DNA from: a virus
DNA: 64,000 nt
Direction: 5' to 3' (one strand)
IMG/VR virus record: IMGVR_UViG_3300025137_000025
Coordinates: 14,587-78,586 of that record
In this document: piece by piece, positions 53,532 through 64,000 of the stretch
Position numbering within the stretch: the first letter of the stretch is position 1
How the letters are laid out: each line of letters starts with the position of its first letter
Position numbers and translations under genes: made by a program
Notes under the pieces: model-generated
Seen by the model: the letters and a program-made list of their open reading frames with translations, nothing else
What the model was told of the DNA's origin: nothing
Databases searched by the model: none

Positions 53532-56162
53532 TTATCTATTATTCTGCGCCTTTAGTTCATTGTACTTTTCAATAAAGGTAGCCAAGGGATAGTTTCCCTC
53601 TAACGGTTCGCCATCTGCCCCAGAACCTTTAATGTGTACTTTGCCTATACCTGCTATAATACCTAGGTTATCGTCTCCCATTTCTCGAATAGTAGGGAAC
53701 ATTGTTATTTCCAAATCTGTTCCGTTGATATTCTTGTTGAAAGTGACACCGTCTTCAGGTGAAACTGCTCCTGGTATATTTATCATCAAAGATAAAGCAT
53801 CGTTTGTCAGCTGCATACCTGGATTATCAAATTCATTGTTGACTCTACTTTGCATAGTAGGGTCAAAGCTTGAGATAACATCATCGTATAACATTGTAAC
53901 AGAAGAGGCTCCTAGTGTAGCATCTCTGTCTGCTCCTGTAGCCTTCTTTAACTGTAACACAACACCAGCCTGCATTCCTGAAGCAGTTGGAACCTGTGTA
54001 AATCTTACGTCAGCTATTTGTGCAAGTCCTATATTTTCTCCTAAGAGATCCCCTACTGTGTTTATATTTCCTTCTGTTCCTGTGGGAACAATAACATTAG
54101 AATTAGCATAAGCAGAAAGATCCTTTCCTTTAAGTTCATTTACAACCAGCTTTGACCTAGTGCCTTTCTTATCATCTCCAAGAGCCACTGAAGTAACATC
54201 CATAGAGTAATTTATCTTGCTTTTTTCAGACAAAAATTCTACAGATTCGTTATGTGCTTCTGATACGCTACTTTCAATAATCTTATTTATAGCGTTGGAC
54301 ATTTCTGTTACTCTAGAGTCTTGATAGGATATAGGTTCAGTTTTCAGGCCAGGACTGTTTATTTGCTGCACAGTTCCACCCCCAGTTGTAACTGCACTTT
54401 TGTCAACCTCTACAGAAGAGGCTAAGGCAATCATTTCTTCTGCCTCTTCCCTATCTACTCCAAATAGCTGTTGTGTTATCTCTAAAGCGCTTTCATTTGC
54501 GTCAACTCCGGCGTTAGTAAGAAGTGCAGATGTAGAAGAGATTGCAGGTAATATATCTTTTAACATGACAATGTTAGCTATTTCCCTAGCTCCTTGCTGA
54601 GGCTCATCTTTTGTCACTGTTATAGTGTTACTATTTTCGTCGTAGACAAAATTGTTTTCAATTGGTTGCTCTTTAAAGTACTCACTGAGAGAGCCTGCGG
54701 GGCTTCCCATGTCGATTGCAACATCTGAGACAACATCTGAAACAAACGTTTCTGCAAATCCTCCATACGAGTTTTTAAGAAGTCTTTGTGACAACTCTGC
54801 TTCTTGTCTATATAACTGTATTTTAGAGTCAGCTGCATTAAGGGTACGCGCAATAGTAGCTCTGTCAGCTTCTGGGTTAGCGCGCATTATATCGTCCATC
54901 AAAGTTGGGATATCTTGAAGTCTGTCCTCTAACGATTGTCCGTTACTCTCTAATAATTCTGCGAGTTGTGGAAGCTGGTCTAGAACAGTCTCATAGGCCA
55001 AGTTTGTAGCTTCTCCTACGTTTTCAATATTAGCGTTAATAGAAGCAGCAGTTACTTTTCCGTCGTCTCCTATAATATTAGCTGCTTTTATTTGAAACTC
55101 CCCTCCAGGTGTAGTAACTCGGAATGTTCCTGCATCTAATCTATTCTCTTCTAGCTTTTTATTTAAAGCGTCAGCATACGTCATTTTGTAGCTTCCACCA
55201 TATGCACTAGGCTGTCTAGTAGCTAAAGCAGTTCCCAAGTAGTTAGAAGCATCTTTGTTATATGCTATTGCACGAGCTGCACGTCGTTTGTCTCCTAATG
55301 ATGCAGTAGTTCTTATTCGATCTACAGCGTCTGCTCCTGCAGTTTCTTCTTGCTCTTTTAGATCATATGAATGTTTAGCTAGTATACTATCAATAGTACC
55401 CTCATCCATGTCAAGCGTAGTAAAGTCTGCAGTTTGTTGCATGTATGCAGAGACATCAGGTCTATTAAGTATATTATTGGTAACTGCCATTACAGCTTCC
55501 TGCGGGATATACTCAACTGTTTGTCCTTCTTTTTCTACAGCGTAAACTAACCCATCTGGGCCTTGCTCATAACCCTTTACTGTATATCCTCCTTGTTTTA
55601 CTTCAGGTATATCATTAAGTGCGTCAAGTATCTCTTGCTGTACATCTACATATTGTGCAATAGAAGTACCACCATACATACTGGATTTGTTTACTCTCCC
55701 GTTCTCATCAAGCTCAATCCCCTTGTACGCAGCATAGTCACCATCTTGTTCAGTAAGTCTGCTTTTCTTAAGCCATCCTTGGTAATCAGACGAAGTTATT
55801 TTGCCCTCTTCCAACATCTTTTCCTTCGCTTCTTTATCTGTTTGATATCTTGTGTAGTTCTCTACAAGAGGAGATGCTGTTTCTCTGTAGCTTTTTGCAA
55901 GTCTACTTACAGGCATAAACATGTTCTCGTAGTCACCTTTTTCGGAGAGACCATCAAGTTCTGACCTAGTGGTATTGTACAAATCATTGTACATACGTTG
56001 GTCATTTTCAAATGAAGCGACAGTAAGATCGCTCATAGATTGCGAAATAGCATCTTGAGCTTGGAAATTATGGAGATATCTCTCCTTGAGCATCGCTGAT
56101 GTTTCTGTAGACATAGGGTCTACAAATTGGCTAAGCGGCTTGTACAAGTTTCTATATGCCAT
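53532..56162 (-). CDS. virion cargo protein
   Basis: 876 aa between cargo 1 and RNAP; crAss synteny. Confidence 0.6.
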   Translation of the reverse strand: MAYRNLYKPLSQFVDPMSTETSAMLKERYLHNFQAQDAISQSMSDLTVASFENDQRMYNDLYNTTRSELDGLSEKGDYENMFMPVSRLAKSYRETASPLVENYTRYQTDKEAKEKMLEEGKITSSDYQGWLKKSRLTEQDGDYAAYKGIELDENGRVNKSSMYGGTSIAQYVDVQQEILDALNDIPEVKQGGYTVKGYEQGPDGLVYAVEKEGQTVEYIPQEAVMAVTNNILNRPDVSAYMQQTADFTTLDMDEGTIDSILAKHSYDLKEQEETAGADAVDRIRTTASLGDKRRAARAIAYNKDASNYLGTALATRQPSAYGGSYKMTYADALNKKLEENRLDAGTFRVTTPGGEFQIKAANIIGDDGKVTAASINANIENVGEATNLAYETVLDQLPQLAELLESNGQSLEDRLQDIPTLMDDIMRANPEADRATIARTLNAADSKIQLYRQEAELSQRLLKNSYGGFAETFVSDVVSDVAIDMGSPAGSLSEYFKEQPIENNFVYDENSNTITVTKDEPQQGAREIANIVMLKDILPAISSTSALLTNAGVDANESALEITQQLFGVDREEAEEMIALASSVEVDKSAVTTGGGTVQQINSPGLKTEPISYQDSRVTEMSNAINKIIESSVSEAHNESVEFLSEKSKINYSMDVTSVALGDDKKGTRSKLVVNELKGKDLSAYANSNVIVPTGTEGNINTVGDLLGENIGLAQIADVRFTQVPTASGMQAGVVLQLKKATGADRDATLGASSVTMLYDDVISSFDPTMQSRVNNEFDNPGMQLTNDALSLMINIPGAVSPEDGVTFNKNINGTDLEITMFPTIREMGDDNLGIIAGIGKVHIKGSGADGEPLEGNYPLATFIEKYNELKAQNNR

Positions 56163-58906
56163 TACTTTCTTTTTCTTTTTATCTTCCCAATTTTACCCAA
56201 ATACCCACCACGCTTAGATTGTGTAGTTTGTTGTTGAGCTTGCGTCATAGCGTTTGTAACAGCTTCAACTCTTTCTCCATCTTGAGCGTTATAAGTAGGA
56301 GCTCCTTGGGACATTCGAGCAGCCTGTTCTCGCAGCTGAGTATCGTTCATCCCAAAGTAATCAGACTTCTTTCTTTTAGACTGTTTGCGCAACTCTTCTA
56401 AATACTTTTGTCTTGTGTACTCTCCCCCAATTTGAGAGGCTTCTGCAAAACGTTCTTCTGCTTTATATGCTCTTATGTCATTAGCATATTGTGCAGTGTT
56501 AGTACCTAGTTGGTTAAACGCTAGCATACGCTTTTCATACTCATTTTGATCCCGCTGATTTTGAGTAGCCGCATTAAACTGTCTTGCTCTAGTTACGTTC
56601 TGTGCATCAAATTGAGATGCTCTAAGATTACCCATCTCTTCTTGAGCTGCTAATTGCTTATTGTTTCTTGCTTCTGCATTAGCAATTTGCATGTTGCCTG
56701 CTCTTTGCTTTTCATTTGTAGCCATCATAGCTGCTATGGCTCCTGGCCCTGCAGCTTGACTTTGTATGAATTTATTTGCAGCATTGCTACTTGCTGAAGA
56801 AGCTGCTCGTTCAGAATTAAAGTTTACTCTAGGCAGTTTTATTCTTCCTGTAGTAGCTGCTGCTACTTTATTAGGTTGTGGGTATTTAGAATTAAGCTCT
56901 GCTAAAGGCCCCATCAATTGATAAGGTAACAGTACATCTTTTCTAAGCTTCATCCCAGTAGTAGGTATCTTTTCTGGTATATCTGACGGTATCTCTTTCT
57001 CACCACCGTCATCACCTCCTGTAATTTCTTCTTCGACTTCTTTGGAAGCTCCTTTCTTGTAAGGGATATAAGCACTTACAGTTTGTTCACCAACTTTACC
57101 ATCAACTCTAATTTCACTTGCTTCCGGTGCTTGTGCATTGTAAGCTTCTTGAAATTTCATTACAGATTCTGGATCTGTGGGATCAAAGTCTTCCCAATCA
57201 TACCAAGGATTGTTGGCTTTGAGGCCTTCTACTTCTGCTGAGGTAACTTTGTCTCCGTCATCTCTACGGTACAAACCTTCCTCAGTTTTATGTTGTTCTT
57301 CTGGAAAACGTCTAGCATATGCATTTTCTGCGTCTAGCTCAAAATCTCCCCCAGCAGCGTCTGCGGGTATTGCTCCATATGAATCGTTATCAAAGAAATC
57401 ATACTCAGTAGCTCCTCCCTCTTGCATAATCATCTTAGGATTCCTTTCCCCATTTTCATCTCTCCCCTCACGCTTAGCCACTTCTTCTTGCATCTTAGCA
57501 AGCTTCTGTATATCAGCTTGTGTTCCTCCACGCTCTAACATCTCTTTATGCCGTTGCGCAAATGTCTTTTTTCCTACTTTAAGAAAGTCTGAGAAAATGT
57601 AATCTCCAGGTCCACCATTTTTCATGTCTACCTTGTCCATAGTCTCTCCTCCTTCTACTTCAGTTTGGGCATCCAACATAATACCACCTTTAGAATGCTT
57701 AGGTCCCATAAACTCTACAGCTCCACCCGCAAGTGGTTTCATATAGCTGCCTCCAGCTTGTTTGCTGTTCTTTAAATTTTCTGCTGTAGGGGCTCCTTTA
57801 GCTCCAGGCTTACGCATGGACTCTCCAGAGCCTTCTGCTATACGTTTACGTTTGGCATGAATGTTTGCCCAAAGACCTCCTCCTTTCATTTGATAACCAG
57901 GAAGGTACGAGTTAGTTTGAGAGTTACCAATATTGTAACCCTGATCTTGACCTGTACTAACCATAGACTGCTCAAAAGCACGTTGTTCAGAAGCTCCTAT
58001 TTGTTCTTCCTGTTGCAGTCTTTTCTTTTCTTCTTCTCTCGCAGCTAACTTCTTTTTACGTTGATTTACAAGTGCCATGCCTCCCCCGACAAGTCCTGCC
58101 CCAATTAGACCTATAGGTCCCCCAAGAGCAGTGCCTGATGCAAGCATTGCAGCAAGACTTACCCCTGTGCCTGCTCCTGCAATAGCTCGACCTGCTCCTT
58201 CTCCAAAATTTGTTTTAGTATCGTCTTTATCATCAGATAGATGTTCAATGCCTTTTCCAGCTAAAGCTGCAGCCGCTGCAATAGGGCCAGCACCAATTGA
58301 CGCACCAGCTGTGCCTGCAGTAGTAGCTGCATTGCCTGCTGCTGATACTCCCTCTGCTCCAGCTTTTGCTCCTTTTCCATAATTCCCAAGGTTAGCTAAA
58401 AGCTGTCCTGTAGTATCTGAAGCTTTGGCAACTTGTTGTGCATTAGCTGTTCCTTTAGCAATTTTAGCCATACGGCCTGCTTGCACAGCATTTTTCAATC
58501 CCTCTCTCCCAAAATCATCAGCAATATCAGTAGCACCTGTTTTTACTCCTTGTTTAAATTGAGCGTCTTTAGCACGTTGACTCTCTTGAGCGGCGTCAAT
58601 TTGTTGTTGTTGACTTGCAGCAACTTCTTGCTGAAGTTGTGCTAATTGTTGTTTAGCTTGTTCTGCCCCCGCCATTCCAGACATGGAACTAGTATAACCA
58701 GATGTTGCTGCAGAAGTAGGCATTGCGTACGGGTTGCCCGCAGCTTGAAACTTTCTAACACCTTTCTTAGAATTTCTTTCGAATTTCCTTTGAGCTCTTT
58801 TAGTTACTCGCGCTTGCTTCCTAAGTACCTTTTTAATAGGGTCACCTAGTCCTCCTGATAAGTATTTAGAACTAGTGCTGTTTGTTTTTAATTTTTTATT
58901 AGCCAT
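56162..58906 (-). CDS. virion cargo protein 1-like (TM segments, xxGG motifs)
   Basis: 914 aa; G/A-rich hydrophobic hairpin; 'GPKHSKGGI...EVEGGE...IFSD' block; repeated M/K-x-x-GG; N/Q-rich C-terminal helix. Confidence 0.7.
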   Translation of the reverse strand: MANKKLKTNSTSSKYLSGGLGDPIKKVLRKQARVTKRAQRKFERNSKKGVRKFQAAGNPYAMPTSAATSGYTSSMSGMAGAEQAKQQLAQLQQEVAASQQQQIDAAQESQRAKDAQFKQGVKTGATDIADDFGREGLKNAVQAGRMAKIAKGTANAQQVAKASDTTGQLLANLGNYGKGAKAGAEGVSAAGNAATTAGTAGASIGAGPIAAAAALAGKGIEHLSDDKDDTKTNFGEGAGRAIAGAGTGVSLAAMLASGTALGGPIGLIGAGLVGGGMALVNQRKKKLAAREEEKKRLQQEEQIGASEQRAFEQSMVSTGQDQGYNIGNSQTNSYLPGYQMKGGGLWANIHAKRKRIAEGSGESMRKPGAKGAPTAENLKNSKQAGGSYMKPLAGGAVEFMGPKHSKGGIMLDAQTEVEGGETMDKVDMKNGGPGDYIFSDFLKVGKKTFAQRHKEMLERGGTQADIQKLAKMQEEVAKREGRDENGERNPKMIMQEGGATEYDFFDNDSYGAIPADAAGGDFELDAENAYARRFPEEQHKTEEGLYRRDDGDKVTSAEVEGLKANNPWYDWEDFDPTDPESVMKFQEAYNAQAPEASEIRVDGKVGEQTVSAYIPYKKGASKEVEEEITGGDDGGEKEIPSDIPEKIPTTGMKLRKDVLLPYQLMGPLAELNSKYPQPNKVAAATTGRIKLPRVNFNSERAASSASSNAANKFIQSQAAGPGAIAAMMATNEKQRAGNMQIANAEARNNKQLAAQEEMGNLRASQFDAQNVTRARQFNAATQNQRDQNEYEKRMLAFNQLGTNTAQYANDIRAYKAEERFAEASQIGGEYTRQKYLEELRKQSKRKKSDYFGMNDTQLREQAARMSQGAPTYNAQDGERVEAVTNAMTQAQQQTTQSKRGGYLGKIGKIKRKRK

Positions 58907-58908
58907 GA

Positions 58909-61900
58909 TTATCTGAAGGATTGTCGGAATTTAGTACCTGCGGAATACAAATATATTAAATTACGTTCTAAATTGTCACTTATAAGTCTAACTCCTAGGA
59001 AATGATCTACAAATTTCTTATGGTTGTACCACTGCTTAGTAGTATCTAGATAAGCAGCATTTATAACACCCTCTTCTATAAACATAGGCCTGTTTGTAAG
59101 AGACGTCGTAGATCCTACATTAAACACGTCATGTACATTTAACTGGTTATTTGCTATTACTGCTGCAGTGTTTGTAGTCTGTGCACTGAGGTCTCTAAAA
59201 TCATTAATGTACCAGAACCTGTCAACTAGTCTAGCGTTCGTTAGATAGTAGATGTCTCTAGCTCCTGATATTTGATTGCTATTGTATGTATAGAAAGAAG
59301 TAAATGCGGGAGACGTATGTTTGTCTGACATGTCAGGGTAAACTCCGTTTATTCCTACTACTTCTGCCCAGTACCTAATTGCTGTAAATATTTTAGGAAT
59401 TCCTACTTGGGAATTATCAATGTATTCTACCTCAAAGTTATATTGGGTATCATAAAATTTACCTGGATTGTTTAGATCTGAGTGTTCCCATACGTTTGTA
59501 GCGGATGTGTTAACAAGGCCGTAGTATTCTTTTTGCGTGTTAGCAAATAGATTTGGGAGATAACTGTGTCTGCTGCCCCATACTTTTAATTCTGGGTAAT
59601 ACGACATAGTCCATCCTGCTGGTCTAAAGTTTGAGGTATCAGAGAATGCAAAGATTTCCTTTCCATCGTTTACACTTGGGAAGTCCCCTGATATAGTTAT
59701 GCTTGTCTCAGTTACTGAATCAATTTGTACATTAGAGTAGCCCCCTGTTAAAATACCAAGAAGTGCTCCTGTAGGAAGGAGCTCTCTTTTAGATAAAATA
59801 ATTCTTTTGTACTTAGGATCATATACAGCGTTAAACCCAAATAGATGAGTAGGAGCGTCAAGGCTCCCTGCGTTTTCGAGATCGATATACGTTTGTATCT
59901 TATATGGTATGTTATCTAAGAACCATTTCTCCATTCCCAAGGAGCTCAGTTCTTGAATGCTTTCACCCATCAGATATACTTTCCGATCTTTACGATTAAC
60001 AAAGAATTGCCCAAACCTAGTAGTTAAAGAGGCAAACTGACAATCAGTACCTCCATATCCCTCTGTTGTTGGGATCATCTCGTCAGGACTTTGTTCAAAG
60101 ATGTCTCCACTGCCTACAAACGCTTGCGTGTTATCACTGAGGCCTAACTGTTGTCTACCTCTAGTAACAAATAAACTTCGTTCTGTGTGCAGATAGAGAA
60201 TACTTCCTAGAGTAAATAGCTTTGTAATCTCTCCTCTATTTCTAGGAATATCTTTATAATCTAAAGACAGGAAGAATCTATATTTATCCTGTATACTTCC
60301 GTCGTCCACCGTAGATCGTATAGTTCGAGTAGGGTACAGGGTAGGATTGAATAACTTCTTAGGTAAAGGAGAAGTTACTTTAATGTCTTGAACAGCAGAG
60401 TAGTTGTTCATATAGAGCAGATGTTCTGACTTTGTTTGATCATTGTCAGGCCCGCTAAACAAAACATCTGCACCCGTAGATGCATCAAAGAACATACTTT
60501 CTGGAACAGTTACTCCTTCAGAGGTATCTCCCTGGTGTCTAAATCCAAGCAAGTCATCTGATTCGCAATAAAAATTAAACACTGTTGCATACGGATCTAC
60601 TGGTCTGTACTTAGGTCCTTCATTAGTACCGTTAACAGAATTGAGTTCGAAGGGATTAGTTGCCCAGTTCTTAGAATCTGTAAGACCGCTAGATCCCTTG
60701 TAGAAATTAGCTCCGTAATCCTGAGATGTAGATCTAAAAGAATGTCTATTTACAAATGTGTCTCCTCCAAATACTGTATCTGTTTTGTACACATATGGAT
60801 TCTCATTATCTTGTCGTGCTCCTGCTGTGCGAGCTTCATCCAAGGCCTGATAGTAACCTGTCCAAACTAATCTTTGTTGATCAAAGGGTTTGTAAACATT
60901 AGTTTTGTAACTGCATAAGTTTACTAGATAAACAGTAGGCCAAGCTGCGTATGAGCCAGGATTCGATATGTGAGCGAGAGCATTTAGTTGTGCAAGCTCA
61001 AAATTTGATCCATTTCCATCCGGATCGGTAGCGGAACTCCACTTCGCTTGTGTCCACCACTGTGTTATTTGTCGGTAGCTATCACTGTCACTAAAGCCTG
61101 CTGGGATTTCGTAATTTCTGTGTTCGAGTAAAGCAGGAAGTCCTGATACAAGACCAAAGGCCATACATGATTCCCCCACAAAGTGCATAAGGTAATCTGC
61201 ATTTTTAAATGCCCCACTTTCAGAATTCTTAAGTAATGTGCTGCCCGTTATATATGTCTTACTGTTACTTTCTAACGCTAAAACTGTTTGATAATTATTA
61301 AGCCAGTACCCGTAATCTTCTCTATTACTAGTGTAAAACCAACTATTTACGTTTGAGTCAGCGAAGGAGCTATTCACATAATTAGGATTATGATATCGAG
61401 TGGCTACTAGTACTGATGTATAGTAATTTGCAACGCCCGGAAGGCTTGCGTTTGTCGTATCGTCTCCTGTTACTGTTACAGCTTGGCTGTCGTTGTACTC
61501 GTCATCTCCACCGTGCGTCCATTCATACCACTGTGTATTCCCTATTGTAACATTTATCCAGTCTGTATCTATCATGTAAGGCTTGTTGTCGCCTGCTTGT
61601 TTTTTGTTTCCTCCATGATACATGCGCATTGTGAGGATCTTCTGCACATCAATGTGAGACGCTCCAGTAAGCGTATGTTTGTTTTTAAGAAGGTTAAAAT
61701 CATGAAAAGTAAATACAGATAGCGCTTTTCTTGCTTTACCTACTAGACCAGGAATGTTTTCTATTGCAGGAAGATTTGGCCCATAGGGAAGCATACCTTT
61801 TAAAAACCAAGCATCTACGTAAGGACCGTGTGTGGCGTTTGTCATACGGTTTGTAACCGCTATTTGATCTTCATACCAAGAAGGAAGTACAGCACTTTGA

Positions 61901-63879
61901 CCTATAATAGTTTTTTCTTGTTGCTGTCTTTTTGCATAGTAGACTTTAAAGCCTTGTACTTGATCACGTATAAACTGCGGAATAGAAATATCTGTAAGAG
62001 TTACCCCAAGAATTTTTATTGTTTCTTGTAAAGTGAGTCCGTGGAAATCAGCATCTTCCCCAAAGAGATCGACACTCACTCCTCCATCATCAAGTGTATT
62101 TATAAATGAGTAAATCTCATTTTTATTTGGGGGCATTTTATGATGCCTGACTTTCTCGTTTTTTAAATCTCCTATTCCTATAGAGTCCCCATCTGCAGTT
62201 ACACTAAAAACATCAAAATCCGCAGAGTCAGGGTATTTCTCATCTTCATTTTCCCAATAGCTCATTTCCTGGCTATTCTCTGCATCAATGTATTGTGTAT
62301 CTGTTATTTGATACATACGCGTGTCAGGATACAGGTCTTTAATTTCGGATAACCGCAAATTAATTTCACTGTTCGCTACAGCGGTCAGTACTGTCTCTGT
62401 CAACGTACTTGTTTCGGTTACATTTACAGAACCAGATGAAGCTCTTGGAAGATCTTTTGGAGCTCTTCCTGGGATATGATAGGCGTACGTTTCTGAGCCA
62501 TCATTTAGAACAAACGAAATGTAAAAAGCGTATACTTCAGATCGTCGATAGCCTTTGTACTCGTGAGACACTTTTACATCTTTATATCCCTTACGAACAT
62601 TAGATGCAAAAAACCCATCTGCTAGATCGTCTTCTTGGATATCCTTATAGATATTAAAATCATTGTTAAATATACCTGCGACGTAGTCTGCGTACCCGTT
62701 GTTTAAAACAATAGAGTGTATTCGTTTAGGGTCGAATTTTGGGATAGGTCTTACAGTTGGTTTAATCTTTATGCTATTAGCATATCTCTGGTATCCTATA
62801 TCTCCTCTAGCTCTTAGATTGGATATGTACAACCTATTGTCTAGTTGCACAAATGACTTAGCAGTTTCATATCGTACCGAATCTATAACTATCTCGGAGA
62901 TAGCAGAAGCAGCTACTTGTTCTAATCCTGTATATGTGATGTCTAAACTTGTTGCACTTTCGCCTATTGTTGCTGGAATTTTGACAATTTCAAGTTCATA
63001 CGCAAACTCGCTTGATTCTTGGTTTGTCCCACCTCCAAAACGTTGTATTATAACGGGGCGTACGTGAGTGTAATTAGAGGGGAGAGGAATATCTATAGTC
63101 CATGTTATGGACTTGTTTGATTGACTTCCTTGTGGGTCTCCTGTGATAACCTCTGTTGGGATTGCATCCTCTTGAGCTGTTACAAGATGCACAGGATTAG
63201 AAGTAGCTAGATAGTTTGTTCGATTTAAATCTTCGTCTACATAAGCTAAGGCCAAATGATACGTCCCACTTACAACACCTCCTCCTTCTTCTATTTTAAT
63301 ATTTGTGAATTCAGGTATGAACCCCGCATTCATAAAAAGATCTAGTTTGTTTACTGTGTAATCTACATTGCCATAAAGCCTAGAAACACTAGCTGATGTT
63401 TCTTGTCTTGTGATATTAATAACTCTTGGGGGGTTATAATCACTTATGTATTCGATATTTGTAAACGGATCTGTTTCCTTTAAGATGTAGTTATCTGTAA
63501 AGTATACTAACACATTTCCATTAACATCAATTTTAGTTGTAGCCTCTATTGTGTTAGGAGCTTGGAAGTTAAGCTGTGCATCTCTATAGATGATAGTATT
63601 CTCCTTTAGGGATGTGTTTACTATTGAGATGGCAGAGGTAGAGCTGCCCTGAAATGTGTAATTAAAAAACAGAACAATTCTACCGTCAGTGAGAGGGCAC
63701 TGTCCGATAATATTATCAATGGCAAAGCTGCCGACATTTACAATAGGAGAGGTTCCTTGCTCGTTAACTACTGCACCTTTTAGATAATACAAATTTGCAT
63801 TCAGAGCATCTCTGTATGAACCTTCCGGCTGATCAACCCTTTCTGGGTCTTTTACCATTCCTCCTATAAACTTTTTCAT
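58909..63879 (-). CDS. tail muzzle / stabilization protein (P22 gp10-like)
   Basis: 1656 aa; N-terminal 'F.GGM.KD....P..SYRDA.N'; C-terminal 'LS..GM..WF...YD....R...WT.SY....W.S.HSY.P'. Confidence 0.8.
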   Translation of the reverse strand: MKKFIGGMVKDPERVDQPEGSYRDALNANLYYLKGAVVNEQGTSPIVNVGSFAIDNIIGQCPLTDGRIVLFFNYTFQGSSTSAISIVNTSLKENTIIYRDAQLNFQAPNTIEATTKIDVNGNVLVYFTDNYILKETDPFTNIEYISDYNPPRVINITRQETSASVSRLYGNVDYTVNKLDLFMNAGFIPEFTNIKIEEGGGVVSGTYHLALAYVDEDLNRTNYLATSNPVHLVTAQEDAIPTEVITGDPQGSQSNKSITWTIDIPLPSNYTHVRPVIIQRFGGGTNQESSEFAYELEIVKIPATIGESATSLDITYTGLEQVAASAISEIVIDSVRYETAKSFVQLDNRLYISNLRARGDIGYQRYANSIKIKPTVRPIPKFDPKRIHSIVLNNGYADYVAGIFNNDFNIYKDIQEDDLADGFFASNVRKGYKDVKVSHEYKGYRRSEVYAFYISFVLNDGSETYAYHIPGRAPKDLPRASSGSVNVTETSTLTETVLTAVANSEINLRLSEIKDLYPDTRMYQITDTQYIDAENSQEMSYWENEDEKYPDSADFDVFSVTADGDSIGIGDLKNEKVRHHKMPPNKNEIYSFINTLDDGGVSVDLFGEDADFHGLTLQETIKILGVTLTDISIPQFIRDQVQGFKVYYAKRQQQEKTIIGQSAVLPSWYEDQIAVTNRMTNATHGPYVDAWFLKGMLPYGPNLPAIENIPGLVGKARKALSVFTFHDFNLLKNKHTLTGASHIDVQKILTMRMYHGGNKKQAGDNKPYMIDTDWINVTIGNTQWYEWTHGGDDEYNDSQAVTVTGDDTTNASLPGVANYYTSVLVATRYHNPNYVNSSFADSNVNSWFYTSNREDYGYWLNNYQTVLALESNSKTYITGSTLLKNSESGAFKNADYLMHFVGESCMAFGLVSGLPALLEHRNYEIPAGFSDSDSYRQITQWWTQAKWSSATDPDGNGSNFELAQLNALAHISNPGSYAAWPTVYLVNLCSYKTNVYKPFDQQRLVWTGYYQALDEARTAGARQDNENPYVYKTDTVFGGDTFVNRHSFRSTSQDYGANFYKGSSGLTDSKNWATNPFELNSVNGTNEGPKYRPVDPYATVFNFYCESDDLLGFRHQGDTSEGVTVPESMFFDASTGADVLFSGPDNDQTKSEHLLYMNNYSAVQDIKVTSPLPKKLFNPTLYPTRTIRSTVDDGSIQDKYRFFLSLDYKDIPRNRGEITKLFTLGSILYLHTERSLFVTRGRQQLGLSDNTQAFVGSGDIFEQSPDEMIPTTEGYGGTDCQFASLTTRFGQFFVNRKDRKVYLMGESIQELSSLGMEKWFLDNIPYKIQTYIDLENAGSLDAPTHLFGFNAVYDPKYKRIILSKRELLPTGALLGILTGGYSNVQIDSVTETSITISGDFPSVNDGKEIFAFSDTSNFRPAGWTMSYYPELKVWGSRHSYLPNLFANTQKEYYGLVNTSATNVWEHSDLNNPGKFYDTQYNFEVEYIDNSQVGIPKIFTAIRYWAEVVGINGVYPDMSDKHTSPAFTSFYTYNSNQISGARDIYYLTNARLVDRFWYINDFRDLSAQTTNTAAVIANNQLNVHDVFNVGSTTSLTNRPMFIEEGVINAAYLDTTKQWYNHKKFVDHFLGVRLISDNLERNLIYLYSAGTKFRQSFR

Positions 63880-63902
63880 TCTGCTTCTAATTTAATCTAA
63901 AA

Positions 63903-64000
63903 TTATATGGTGTCCTCCACCCAGCCCTGTTCAAAATCTAAAATCAAAGCCCTAATCTCGGCGTGAGTGTACTCGGTTGAAGCTAAAACAAAATTAGGCT
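63903..64000 (-). CDS. hypothetical protein, 3' end only
   Basis: Open frame '...PNFVLASTEYTHAEIRALILDFEQGWVEDTI*' ending 24 nt before the muzzle ATG. Confidence 0.45.
   Translation of the reverse strand, partial: PNFVLASTEYTHAEIRALILDFEQGWVEDTI

Overview
The window is part of a crAss-like (Crassvirales) lytic phage genome in the standard genetic code. The host is very probably a Bacteroidota/Flavobacteriia bacterium, judged from TAnnTTTG promoters, A-rich starts without Shine-Dalgarno sequences, and T9SS sorting signals. There are three blocks. (1) 1-19.3 kb, minus strand: head and packaging genes (gene 74/75 homologs, major capsid, gene 77, portal, terminase, HU/IHF, GroES) and lysis genes. 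(2) 19.4-38.4 kb, plus strand: early and replication genes (PolA, 3 tRNAs, DnaA-C-like protein, SF2 and DnaB helicases, Sak4-like ATPase, primase, endonuclease, rIIA/rIIB, 5'-3' exonuclease, UDG). (3) 38.5-64 kb, minus strand: giant virion cargo genes, including a 3740-aa virion RNA polymerase (DFDVD plus zincin HEAFH) and the tail muzzle. The most striking element is a five-gene envelope cassette between holin and endolysin, four genes of which form one tight operon with the holin. It encodes a type-A T9SS substrate, an outer-membrane beta-barrel, a TM/coiled-coil protein, a Cys-less thioredoxin fold and an inverted type-B T9SS substrate with a dense D-T-[LIV] stalk, which suggests the phage uses the host type IX secretion system to remodel the cell surface. 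Also notable: a pre-toxin-TG plus transglycosylase protein next to the portal, recurring xxGG motifs delimiting modules in cargo proteins, an RNR-tail-like micropeptide, and several structured non-coding RNA candidates. All family assignments come from reading motifs by eye; no database search was run.
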